Source of the DNA: Mobula hypostoma
Taxonomy: Eukaryota
Assembly (NCBI RefSeq): GCF_963921235.1
Contig: NC_086100.1
Span: 177,692,001 to 177,756,000 of the forward strand
Direction of reading: 5' to 3'
Length of the DNA: 64,000 bases
Made by a program: the position numbers and the translations under genes. The notes below the pieces were generated by a model that worked only from the letters and a program-made list of their open reading frames with translations, was not told the DNA's origin and searched no databases. Shown piece after piece: positions 10,861 to 21,592 of this stretch. Each line of letters opens with the position of its first letter. The stretch's first letter is position 1.

Positions 10861-11832
10861 ATGTTAGAAAGAGAAGACATTCCATTTATGGTGGTGTTCG
10901 TGGCTACCATTTTATTGGGCACTACGGGGAATGTCATCGTGCTTTTCGCGTTCATCAGCAACGCAGTGAAACACAGGCGTTTCCCGCCGCTGGACAGAGT
11001 GATTGTGAACAAGACCTTCGTCAACTTGCTGCTCTGCTTCTACCAGGGCGTCCCGCGAGTGCTGATGTTCTACGGCGTCGAGCTATTCGAGGAGACGAGC
11101 TGTATCATCCTGGTCTATCTGAGCTCCTCACTCAGGTCCATCAGCATCTGGACAGTCTCCAACCTCAGCTTCCTCCACTTGATCAAGATTAGCAGACCCC
11201 GCTGCGCTCTGGCCAGCTACATCAGCAGCCATCAGAGCGGATACGTCAACGTGACCATCAGCGCCTTGTGGCTCACCAGCTTCATCTTCTACATCCCCTA
11301 CACGCTGGACAAGATCATTCACCTGTCGCAGGAGAACGAGTCCAGCCCGGTAAAGTACATACCCAGTTCCAGCTGCAACGGCTTGTCCACCAGCCCCGCC
11401 TCTGACATCGTGACCTACATCTCGGTCAGCCTGGACCTCATCGCCATCCTTTGGGTGGTAGCTCTGAACGCTCTAATCATCCAACTTCTCTGCAAGCATC
11501 AAAGGCGAGTGGCGGCGGCGGGTCAGGGCATGAATTCCGCCAGCAAGACCCCGCTCCAGGCGACCCGCATTCTTGTTTCCTTGCTCTGCATCTATGTGGC
11601 CTGCTGGATCTCCAGCGATATCGTCTGGATCATGTTGATAGCGAGGATAACCCCCGACCAAGCTCGGGGTCAGACTCTGAAATACACCTCCAGTTTCCTC
11701 TCTTCTCTCTACTACTCCGCCAGCTCGTACGTCCTGGTTTTCGGGCACAGGAGCGTAAAAGAGGTGTTCGATCCGTTCTGCAAACGCTTGAAACAGAGAA
11801 AAACGACGCATTTTCAAGATGTGGAGATATAG
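10861..11832 (+). CDS. Vomeronasal type-1 receptor / ORA family 7TM chemoreceptor, intronless and intact (323 aa)
   Basis: Seven hydrophobic segments and a very short N-terminus. V1R-type motifs: TM1 GN, PLD-x-I...NLL, TM3 C...LRSISIWT..LS, ECL2 Cys, L-x-KHQRRV after TM5, ATRILVSL in TM6, TM7 YYSASSYVLVFG. No DRY or NPxxY. Codon-biased, GC-rich ORF in an AT-rich flank. Confidence 0.9.
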   Translation: MLEREDIPFMVVFVATILLGTTGNVIVLFAFISNAVKHRRFPPLDRVIVNKTFVNLLLCFYQGVPRVLMFYGVELFEETSCIILVYLSSSLRSISIWTVSNLSFLHLIKISRPRCALASYISSHQSGYVNVTISALWLTSFIFYIPYTLDKIIHLSQENESSPVKYIPSSSCNGLSTSPASDIVTYISVSLDLIAILWVVALNALIIQLLCKHQRRVAAAGQGMNSASKTPLQATRILVSLLCIYVACWISSDIVWIMLIARITPDQARGQTLKYTSSFLSSLYYSASSYVLVFGHRSVKEVFDPFCKRLKQRKTTHFQDVEI

Positions 11833-13859
11833 TTTGACGTTTGGTAGGGTTAAAAAAAAAGCAAATTAACCAGTCAAAGGCCATTGAATATTAACAACGT
11901 GACCAGTTTACTGTAGGGCTAGGGATGGATGTTGATGTATTGTCTGTGTGGAAAGGCGTACACCGGGTTTTGGTCATTTGTAATTATAACGTAGGTTGGA
12001 GGGATAACTTTAGAAGGACAGTATCATGCAGAAGATAATGCATTTGGGCCATTGTGTAAGATCTTTTTAAAGAAAAAAAGATTAGCTTATAGGACAGTAT
12101 GATGCAGAATGTCTGTGTTTGGGCTATTGCCTTTGGTGGAGTTACTCCTATCACTCCCATCAGCTGTCAGGGGTGGTCTGGGGTAGGACCTCTGAGGCCT
12201 AGTCACTGGCCAGGGATTGCTCTGCCTTGCAGGTCAGCTATAGTAGTGCAGCCTCCAAGACTCTGGATGTTGCCTGGGCAGAGATGGTAAACCCAGCCGT
12301 GGGCTGGTTTGAGCATGATCCTGTCCAGTACTCAGCTAAGGTTCAGTGGAGTTTTATAAAAGCTCTGTCCTGCTCTCATAAGTCTGTGCACAACGCTACT
12401 GTTAATAATACCAAATATCATGCTTGGTTTTTTTTTGAAACAGACTCTCAATCTGTCCTGTCACCTCTAGTGACTTGTGTGAATGTCGGTTCTGCTTTGG
12501 AGATGCAAAAGAAGTTCAGCGACAAACAATCTGCTGGAAGAACTTTGAATTTTCAGGTACAGATTTTACATCAATGTTGCCAATTCCTTTTGGTGCTAGG
12601 CCCTCTGAGTTCTTCCAGCAGGTTGTTGCTTCCTTTTTTTTTGAATGCCCTTTAAAATGTTGAGAATGCTCTCCTCATGCTTCCATCAAAATGTATCACA
12701 TTAAATTCCATCCACCATGTGAATTCTCATTTTGACAACTGACATTCTCCTGAAGCCTGTTGTTATTTAGCACATTCCTTAAGTTTCATGCCAGGAGGCT
12801 CTGTGACCCCTGGGGTTTAACATGAGAACTCCTTTCTAAAACTAAAAAACACCGGATGAATGAATTCCTTACCAAGGCAGAGCAACTGTAAAGTGATTTT
12901 AATTAGATTATGGGGGTTGTTTGACTGTTCATTTTGCGTAACTGCAAAGTGATAGTACTGAGCTAGGAAGGATGATAAAGAGAGAGCGACATCACCACAT
13001 TGAATCTAGATTAATCAATTGAGATTGAAATTTTGCAATAGACTGATTATGCAGTTTATGTTTTCTAACAGCACTCAGTGCTCGAACAAAACCCTAGCAG
13101 AATGGTTCAGACCTGGTTTTGTGTTTGACAACCCTTCCCTCTCCCCTCACCCCCATACTCCAATCCTCTCCTCCACCTACATGTATGAGTACCGTGTACA
13201 CACACACACACACACACAGATGTATGAAGGTGAACTCAACATCACCCCCACCCCCACCACAACCACATGGTTTAACAGCAGGAGATACTAAACCAGTTTT
13301 AGATAGCACCGGATTTCCTAGATTTATACATTTATAAATTTACTATTAACTGGGCAGGGAGAGCCAGGGAGTTAAGTATGGTTCTGCCAGACCAGATTGC
13401 GTTTCAGACCAATGAAATTCAGATTGCCGCTCTAAAACAATAAGGTAAGATTGTTTTTTAATTAGCTATGGGTTACTTATATCTTTTTTTGCTGAAATAA
13501 CTTCTTGGGCCCTTAACTCCCATTGATGACCTCCTGTTTCCATTGTCCAAAGTCGATGGTATGGTTGGAGTTCATCATTGTTTCTGTAATCCACTGTGCA
13601 GGGGATTGGCGGATACAGCTGCACCAGAGCCCTGTTGGCCGGCCTTAACCATTTCCACCTCCCACCATGGGGATTTTGAGTGGCTAGCTGAAATAATATT
13701 GCTTGTAAATTATTGCCTCATACCTTGCCCTTTATCCTTTCAATTATTTACACTTCATTGTATACAATCCATAACCATTAAATGTGATTCGCGAAATTAT
13801 GTCTATGCGGGCAAAAGAGCTCTAGTCTCTCTAATTCTATCCTCCAGGTTTTGTTTTCA

Positions 13860-14110
13860 TTTAGAGATACAGCACAGTAACAGGACCCTCCAGCTCAATA
13901 AACCTATACTGTACCTCCCAGTTATATCAATGTATCCAATTAACTTACCAACTTGTACGTCTTTGGAATGTGGGAGGAAACTGGAGCACCCAGAGGAAAC
14001 CCATGCGGTCACGGGGAGGATGTGCAAACTCCTTACAGACAGCCGTGGGATTTGAACTATTACATTGCTGGCACTATAATAGCATTATGCTGCCTGCTAT
14101 GCTACTGAGC
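13860..14110 (-). mobile_element. V-SINE (HE1-like)
   Basis: gtgggaggaaactggagcacccagaggaaacccatgcggtcacggggaga is the reverse complement of the V core. Confidence 0.8.
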
Positions 14111-14454
14111 CACCTTCGATGGTACATGTTCTTTCAGGTTAAGGCCCTATAAGTTATTTTGTCAGGATATCAAAACCATACTGCTCTATAAATTTCCCAG
14201 TTTATCCCTTCATAATAGATCTCCTCTCAAAATGCAAAACCAACCATCAATGAGTATCATTAATTCACATACATAGGTCCAGAACTAGCTCTCAAAATGA
14301 CCTAGGGAGTAGCACTGCTTATTGTGAATATGTAAATTGGATGGCTGGTCCTTGCTAGGATACATAGAAAATTGAATATAAAATTAAGGATTGCTGGCTG
14401 CAATATTCTTTTGTTAAGTAAGTTGAGTGATAATTGTGGTTCATTGAGAGTTTC

Positions 14455-14745
14455 CAAGCATTTCCTACAGCAGGGGAGTCTAGGACCAGAGGGCACAGCA
14501 TCAGAATAAAAGGATGTCCATTTGGAACGGAGATGAGGAGGAATTTCTTTAGCCAGAGGGTGGCAAATTGGTGGAATTCCATGCCATGGCTGTGGAGGTC
14601 AAACCACTGGGTTGGCCTCCAGAAAGTGGAGGTTGATAGGTTCTTGATTAGTAAGGGTGTCAAAGATTATGGGGAGAAGGCAGGAGAATGGGATTGAGAG
14701 GTCAGCCATGATGGAATGGCAAGCAGACTCAATGGACAAAATGGA
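14455..14745 (+). mobile_element. CR1 3' end
   Basis: GESRTRGHSIRIKG..F.TEMRRNFFSQRV peptide and 3' UTR, homologous to 27520-27800. Confidence 0.85.
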
Positions 14746-15063
14746 CTAGTCACACCATTGAAATATATGGATCTTTGTGAAGGTGATGAAGGTCATCAGC
14801 ATCATTACCTGAAGGGCAATTTGGCACGGGTACAAACCAGTGACCTTTTCAGCAATGCCCATATTCTAAAAATGACTAACTAAAAGCATACATGAAAGGC
14901 ATGTGATAAATTCAGCAGAAATAGTTATTTGTTTACTTTAGTACAGGTAAAATGAGAATAGTGTTGTGAAGAACATGGTAAATTGTATAGATGACAAATT
15001 GTGAGATGATCCACTTTGAAACAGAATGACAGAGCATTTTAAAATGGTGAATGATTGAAAAGT

Positions 15064-15162
15064 AAAGCACAGAAAATGTTGGAGGAACTCAGCAGGTCAG
15101 GCAGCATTTATAGAGAGGAATAGACAGTCGACGTTTCAGGGCGGGACCCTTCATTAGGACTC
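15064..15162 (-). mobile_element. Penelope-derived hammerhead mini-element with 13-bp TSD
   Basis: TSD atgattgaaaagt at 15051-15063 and 15163-15175. Minus strand: agtc CTAATGA a gggtcccgccct GAAA c GTC gactg. Confidence 0.8.
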
Positions 15163-16939
15163 ATGATTGAAAAGTGTCGGTGTTAAGAGGATATCCATGT
15201 GCATAACTCACTGAAACTTAACAGAGTGGTTCAATAAGCATTTGGGAAGGCAAGCAGTAAAATGACAAGATTTTGTGCCTAAATGATAAATGTGCTCATT
15301 AGTGTGAGCAGTATAATATCATGAGCCTGCTGAAGATGGGCGGATGGACAGATGCAAAGGACCAACGCTCCCACCTCTGCTTGCTTTCCTTTCTCTCATT
15401 GTCTTGCCCACTCAGGGGAGGGCGAGGTTGGGTGGGGTGCTCTGGTTTAAGCCCAAGGCCTCTGGTGGCACAATATAGGCCTTCCCTGACCAATGGGCAG
15501 TGCTGGCATTGGACAGGCCAGGAATGTTATTATTTAAGTGATGCAGTTTCTTCTTTTATCATTTAATTTCCTGATAGTCTTGATTCTTTAACAGTGAAAC
15601 TCTGTTGATAACTCTGAGACACCCCGTTGCTCCTTGCTTCCCAATTGACTGCTTTCTCTGCTTACTAAGAAGAGGTTATCATGGAATTGCTTATATGTAT
15701 ATAACACTGCCACTATGTACCTATTGCTTTCTTTGTTACTTCTCTCTCACTCCACGAACATATTTACCAGTTTTTTTTTCTCTCCTGTTATAATTCTCCG
15801 AATTGTGGAAATATAGGCGTTGATCTGCTACTGAAAATCTTGCTATGTTTTTGAGATACAATTTCTCTTTTGTTTAAAAGGTTGTAGAAAGTTCATAGTA
15901 TCCTTAACATATTCTCATCAGCACTGCCTATTATTTTAAGATTCAGTTATCTAACACATTGCAGAATACATAACAACCACCGGTTGGTTTTATACCCGCC
16001 TGGCGATTTTATTTTAAAATTGCATATGGACTCCAGTCATGTATTAAAACAAAATATTTATTTTGCACAGTTTGTCATAACTCTCTGACTTTAATGCTTT
16101 TGTATTTGGAAATGTCATTGTGGAACTGCATTTTGCATTACTTAATGCAGATATTTTGACAAAACAACAATTATTTGAAATCTACGCACATGAACCATAG
16201 ATTTTCACTGTTGTCACACTATAGAAAGTAATGTAAAAAATTTACTTTATAAGCCATTTGATCAAATCCTTGTTTTTTTAATGACAAATGCAGTGATTTT
16301 GTTAAAATGCAGAGGTTATATTTATATATTCAACTCAGTGAAATGATACTACAAAACAATTGTTATCATGCAAGATTTATGCAAAACAAAACCTTTCACA
16401 CATTTTAGGTCAATAAAATGTATTCTTGACATTCTCATGAAATATTAATGATTTAAAGCCAAGACCATATAGATCTGATCAACAGCGTAATCTCGAAACA
16501 CCCATCATGTAAAGCTTTCTCTGAGGAGAGTAAAGCTCACTGGTCCAAAATTCCTCTTTTGCCAAGATAAGTAAATATCTTTTTTTTCAGTTGACACTCT
16601 GCTAATAAAGCTGTGGAAGCACCTGGCTTTCAGGCAGATAGAGAATCCTACAATTGTGGAATAGTACTGCACGGAAATACGCCATTCAGCCTATCTCGTC
16701 CATGTGGGCCAAGTGGGCACCCTTCTGTATTAATCCCATCTCTCAGCACTTGGTCCACAGGCCTCTATGCCTAAGTGATTCAAGTAGTCTTCCGAGCACT
16801 TCTTAAAAGTTGTTTGTAACCCATCTTCCACCACTTCATTACAGGTTCTTAGCACTGTCCAGGTGAAGAAGGCCCCTCTCATATTCCCTCTGAACTTTTT
16901 CTGACCCTAAACCTACGCCCTCTAGTTACATCCATCTCT

Positions 16940-17162
16940 GGGTACGTCGACTCAGAACATGAGAGGCCTGCGTCGGGCATTTTCGTGCCTTACAAGGCGC
17001 AGATTGGAAGTCTATGTGGGGTGCCACTCCTCACACAGACTAGAGCAATGTGTGATTAAGTGCCTTGTTCAAGGGCACAAACACGTTGCCACAGCTGAGG
17101 CTCCAACTAGCGACCTTGAGATAACTAGACGAACGCCTTAACTACTTGGCCACATGCCCAAC
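16940..17162 (-). mobile_element. tRNA/CORE-type SINE
   Basis: Same tRNA head and core (gtggccaagtagttaaggcgttcgtctag...gtgcccttgaacaaggcacttaatcac) as 17325-17612, with a different tail. Confidence 0.75.
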
Positions 17163-17319
17163 ACCTCTAAAATGGGGAAAGATTCCCTGGAGCTTAACCC
17201 ATTTATACTCAAAGTTTAATGTCCCATAATTATGACCTTTTTTAAACTCCTCTGCACCAGCAAGAACAGAGCTAGCTACTCTAGTTCCTCCTCATAATTG
17301 TAATGCTCTGTCCCAGGCA

Positions 17320-17612
17320 TGTGTGGGCACGTGGCCAAGTGGTTAGGGCATTCGACTAGCGATCTGAAGGTCGTGAGTTCGAGCCCCAGCCGAGGCAACG
17401 TGTTGTGTCTTTGAGTAAGGCACTTAATCACACAGTGCTCTGCGACAACACTGATGCCAAGCTGTATGGGTCCTAATGCCCTTCCCTTGGACAACATTGG
17501 TGTCGTGGATACTTGCAGCATGGGCAACTGCTGGCCTTCCATACAACCTTGCCCTGGAGAGTGAAAACTTTCCAGGCTCAGATCCATGGTCTTGCAAGAC
17601 TAACGGATGCCA
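17320..17612 (+). mobile_element. tRNA/CORE-type SINE
   Basis: A box tggccaagtgg, B box gagttcgagcc, CORE-like tgtgtctttgagtaaggcacttaa, flanking repeat ccaggca. A near-identical copy lies at 51256-51535. Confidence 0.8.
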
Positions 17613-18659
17613 GGCAAGGCTCTGTTGAATCTCCTCTCTATGGACTCTAGTGCCATTACATCCTTTCTCTACCTTGATGACCAGAACAGCTGGCAGTACT
17701 TTTAAGTCCATTTCACCAAAGCATTAGTATCGCTATTCAGCATGAGACTGTCTACAAATCCACCAATCTTCAGCTGAGATGTGACAAGGGTTTAATAACT
17801 TGGAGCATTACCCCCCGCAACTTCTCTATTCAACGTACTGACTAAGGAAGGCCAGTATCCCGTCGGCCTTCCTAATCACATCTACCAGTGTCAGCACCTT
17901 CAATGGTTTATGGACTTGTACTCCAAGGTCCCTCTGTTCTTTAATACTCTCTAAGAACCTGTCCTTCATTGTGTATGATCCAGTCTCCTTGTTGTTCCCA
18001 AAATATATCAGCTCACATTTAACTTAAACCATTTCCATTTTTAAGTCCATTTCACCAAAGCATTAGTATCGCTATTCAGCATGAGACTGTCTACAAATCC
18101 ACCAATCTTCATGTCACCGGTGAACTTACTGATCGTGTCTCCCACCTCCTCAACCAAGTCACTCACGTCCATAGAACATAAAATATTACAGCACACCACA
18201 GACCTTCTAACCTTTGCTAAAATCAATCTAATCCTTCCCTCCTACATAACCTTCCATTCTTCTATCCTCCATGTGCCATGTATGTACGCTAATAGCAAGG
18301 GTCCTGAACCCTGATCCCTGAGGGATGCCACAAGCAGCCAATCACAAAGAACAACCCCCTACCATCCAAAGTGGATCATCTCACAATTTGTCATCTATAC
18401 AATTTACCATGTTCCTCACAACGCCATTAACATTTTACTTGTACTAAAGTAAACAAATAACTATTTCTGCTGAATTACCCTTCAGGTAATGGTGCTAGTG
18501 ATCTTCATCAACTTCACACAAATCCATATATTTCAATGGTGTGACTAGATTACTAGACCATCAGAATCAGTTCATTTTGTGCATCGAGTCTGCTCAGCCA
18601 TTCCATCATGGCTGATTTATTATCCCTCTCAATCCCATTCTCCTGCCTTCTCCCCATGA

Positions 18660-19347
18660 TAGATTAGATTAGATTATGAGAACACTCAGTTCTCTTTTAT
18701 TGTCATTTAGAAATGCATACATGCATTAAAAATTGATACAATGTTCCTCCAGAGTGATATCACAGAAAACAGGACAAACCAAAGATTAACACTGACAGAA
18801 CCACATAAATATAACATATAGTTACAGCAGTGCAAAGCAATACCATAATTTGATAAAGAACAGACCATGGGCACGGTAAAAAAAAGTCTCAAGGCCCGAC
18901 CGACTCCTGAGTCCCCGATAGCAGGTGGCAAAAGGGAGAAACTCCCTGCCATAAACCTCCAGGCACCGTCAACTTGCCGATGCCTTGGAAGCAACCGATC
19001 ACAGCCGACACCCAGTCCGTCCATCCGAAAACTTCGAGCCTCCGACCATCCCCTCCGATACAGCTTCCCGAGCGTCATCCTCTGCCGAGTGCCTTCGACC
19101 TATCCCTGGCCGCCGAAACAAGCAAAGCGGAGGATTCGGGGCCTTCTGCTCCAGAGATTCCGGTTACCACACAGTAGCAGTGGCAGCGAAGCGGGCATTT
19201 CAGAAGTTTCTCCAGATGTTCCTCCGTACTCTCACGTCTGTCGCCATCAAATCAGAATTGTGTACGGTCCCCTACTTGACAGATTACAGATATCATTCAC
19301 CGGAGAGGCTGCGCGCGCTCGGTCGCATCGCCATCTTCTCCTCCTCC
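18660..19347 (-). mobile_element. Young, CpG-rich, non-autonomous LINE-like retroposon
   Basis: Minus strand starts ggaggaggagAAGATGGCG (YY1-type), has no long ORF, and ends aataaaa...(ctaat)n. It interrupts a CR1 tail. Confidence 0.65.
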
Positions 19348-19439
19348 AATAGCGTAGCCTCCACAGCCATCTACGGCATGGAATTGCACAGATTTTCCAC
19401 CCTCTGGCCAAAGAAATTCCTCCTCATCTCTGTTCTAAA

Positions 19440-20258
19440 CAGTAAGAGCATTTTGGCCCAATTAAGTGACTGCCTTACTTAGTTGAAATTTCATGGAATT
19501 AGTCAAAAAGGTATAAAAAAAGACAAACTACCATTTAACTGAGTAACAAATTATGTATTTAAATGAAATGCAGAACAAATCAGAACACTACTAATACTAC
19601 TGGTGGTTGTCCGATGGTGGCAGGAAACTGTGCGGGAGAGTTTTTAAGGTGGAAAAGCTGTTGCACTGCAGCATTTCCACTCTCTTGACCACAGAAGCCC
19701 GGATCCAGTGACACCAGTAGACGTCACAACTGGGGTCTTCCCTGGTTGCAGTGGATGACCATGACTTCTTCCTGTCATGCCCTTTGGTCTCCACGGAGCA
19801 CTGCTGAACTGCCTTCCTGGCCGTTGGATCTCACTGTAGATCTCGTCCACCCAGACTGCTGGAGCTGACTTCTCGCGATTGGACAGGCATGCCCCTATCT
19901 CATTGGGGTATGAGGCCTGACGGCTACCCTCACCTGGTTTGGCCAGCTGTTGAAGTGGTGTACTGAAGAGCGGCCACTGTCACATGAAAACAGCTACTTG
20001 GAGCCGCAGGTGAGAGCTAAGCGTTCGATGGGGACCAAAGCTAATATTCAAGGTAATTGTTGATACCTTCAAATTCTTCATAGTTTGTAACTTGCTGAAG
20101 TAGTGAAACTGTTTCGTCTTCACTCCCCACTGTTTCTGGCATCTCCAAGTCTGAATGCTCAGTGAGCAAAATGGTTCTGATTTGTCTTACTGCTTATTTC
20201 CCACCAACTATGAGTGACAAACATCACTGCTTTTTGAACACAAACACATGCAACTGAT
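19440..20258 (-). mobile_element. Tigger/pogo transposon remnant, interrupted by an insertion at about 19600-20040
   Basis: Minus strand near 20220-20060 encodes VTHSWWEISSKTNQNHFAH..DLEMPET, resembling the W--V---TI-NCF motif of pogo/Tigger transposases. Confidence 0.55.
19600..20038 (-). mobile_element. Non-autonomous retroposon, probably RTE-derived
   Basis: GC-rich block inserted into the Tigger remnant, with a structured 5' end. The family is inferred from resemblance only. Confidence 0.45.
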
Positions 20259-20381
20259 CACAAACAAGAGAAAACCTGCAGATGCTGGAAATCTAAGCTA
20301 CACACACAAAATGCTGGAGGAACTCAGCAGGTCAGGCAGCACCGATGGGAATGAGTACAGTCGATGTTTTGAGCTGAGACC
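20259..20381 (-). mobile_element. Penelope-derived mini-element, hammerhead truncated
   Basis: ctgcagatgctggaaatc...aaaatgctggaggaactcagcaggtcaggcagc...cagtcgatgttttgagctgagacc. Confidence 0.75.
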
Positions 20382-20975
20382 ATGTGCGTTTCCTCTGCAG
20401 TCCTGAGCAGGACTCACCATTTTAATCAAGGCATTTTACATAAAGCTGCGATCTCCTTGGGCAGCCAGAAGTCAATGGCTTGTCAGTTGGTGGATGATTA
20501 CAGCTCCTACAACACTCGTTCCATGCATGATAAAGCAGCCTATTTGATTGGTTCCCCTTCCACCATGCTAAACATTCATACCCTGCACGCGGCTCAAGGT
20601 GGCAGAAGTGGGCACTATTGCCATTACTTACTTCGGTGTTGCTGATTGCATCTCCAAAGTTTACAGCCATTTCCAACAAGAAGGACAAGTGTAGCAGGCA
20701 AATAGGAACATATTCATTTGTTGGTTGATCTGATTTGCACATCATCCTGACTTGGAAATATGTCATCCTTTCTTTGTTTTCACTTAGTCTAAATCCTGGG
20801 ACTCTGTATCCAACGGCACTGTGCGAGTACTTTCAATAGAAAACCAGCACTTATTCAAGAAGACAGTTCATCAACATTCTTCCTCACACTGGTTTGGCCT
20901 CAAATGGAGTATCGTGTTAGATTCTGGTCAGCACAATATAGAAAGGGAGAGAGAGCATGGCAGACGGTCCAGAAA

Positions 20976-21272
20976 ATATTTATTTATTTACTTATTAAGA
21001 TACAATGCAGAATAGATCCTACCAGCCCTTCCGAGCCATGCCACTCAGCAATTCCTCAATTTAATCCTAGCCTAATCACAGGACAATTTACAACAACCAA
21101 TTAACCTACTGGCTGGTGGGACTCTGGACTGTGGGAGGAAACTGGAGCACCCAGAGGAAACCCACGTGGTCACGGGGAGAACGTACAAACTCCTCACAGG
21201 CAGCAGAGGGAGTTGAACCCAGGTCACTGATACTGTGAATCATTGTGCTAACCAGTATGCTACCATGCCACC
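20976..21272 (-). mobile_element. V-SINE (HE1-like)
   Basis: (attt)n tail at the left, V core at 21130-21200, tRNA head at about 21210-21270. Confidence 0.85.
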
Positions 21273-21469
21273 TATTTACACAAACAGCTTGCTGGATGAG
21301 GGTCTACACTTACAAGGATAGCTTGGTGAGGCTGGGACTAAGTCTTTAGAGAAAGGAAGGTTATAGAAATATACATAATAATGAAGGGTCTAGACAGAGG
21401 GATGGTAATGTAGCAGTTAGCGCAACACTTTATAGCACCAGCTGATACAAAATGAGTTATTTGTTGAGA

Positions 21470-21592
21470 ACATAAACACGTGAAATTCTGCAGATGCTGG
21501 AAATCCTGAGCAACATAGACAAAATTCAGCAGATCAGTCAGGCAGCATCTATGGAGAGGAATAAACAGTTGGCATTTTGGGCCAAGATCCGA
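21470..21592 (-). mobile_element. Penelope-derived mini-element, hammerhead truncated
   Basis: Same body as 20259-20381, ending cagttggcattttgggccaagatcc. Confidence 0.7.

Larger units (their letters stand above)
16650..18366 (-). mobile_element. Old CR1 fragment interrupted by two SINEs and a templated duplication
   Basis: Minus-strand peptide DLVEEVGDTISKFTGDMKIGG (ORF 18041-18226) is a decayed KFADDTKIGG region. The CR1 tail lies near 16650-16930. Confidence 0.65.

Noticed and set aside
10861-11832. Calling the receptor a TAS2R, or giving it a specific ora number
   Set aside because: TM3 (R..SIW), the post-TM5 and TM7 motifs fit V1R/ORA better, and the TAS2R TM7 HS.ILI motif is absent. 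The subfamily cannot be fixed without a phylogeny.
10782-11837. Alternative-frame and antisense ORFs overlapping the receptor
   Set aside because: These are by-products of GC-rich codon bias in the real 10861-11832 ORF and show no motifs.
17325-17400. Standalone tRNA genes here and at 255, 36560, 40428, 45850 and 51256
   Set aside because: The A/B boxes run directly into SINE bodies and tails, and there is no complete cloverleaf.
18707-19482. Overlapping 120-165-aa ORFs
   Set aside because: They lie within a GC-rich non-autonomous repeat and have no recognisable domains.
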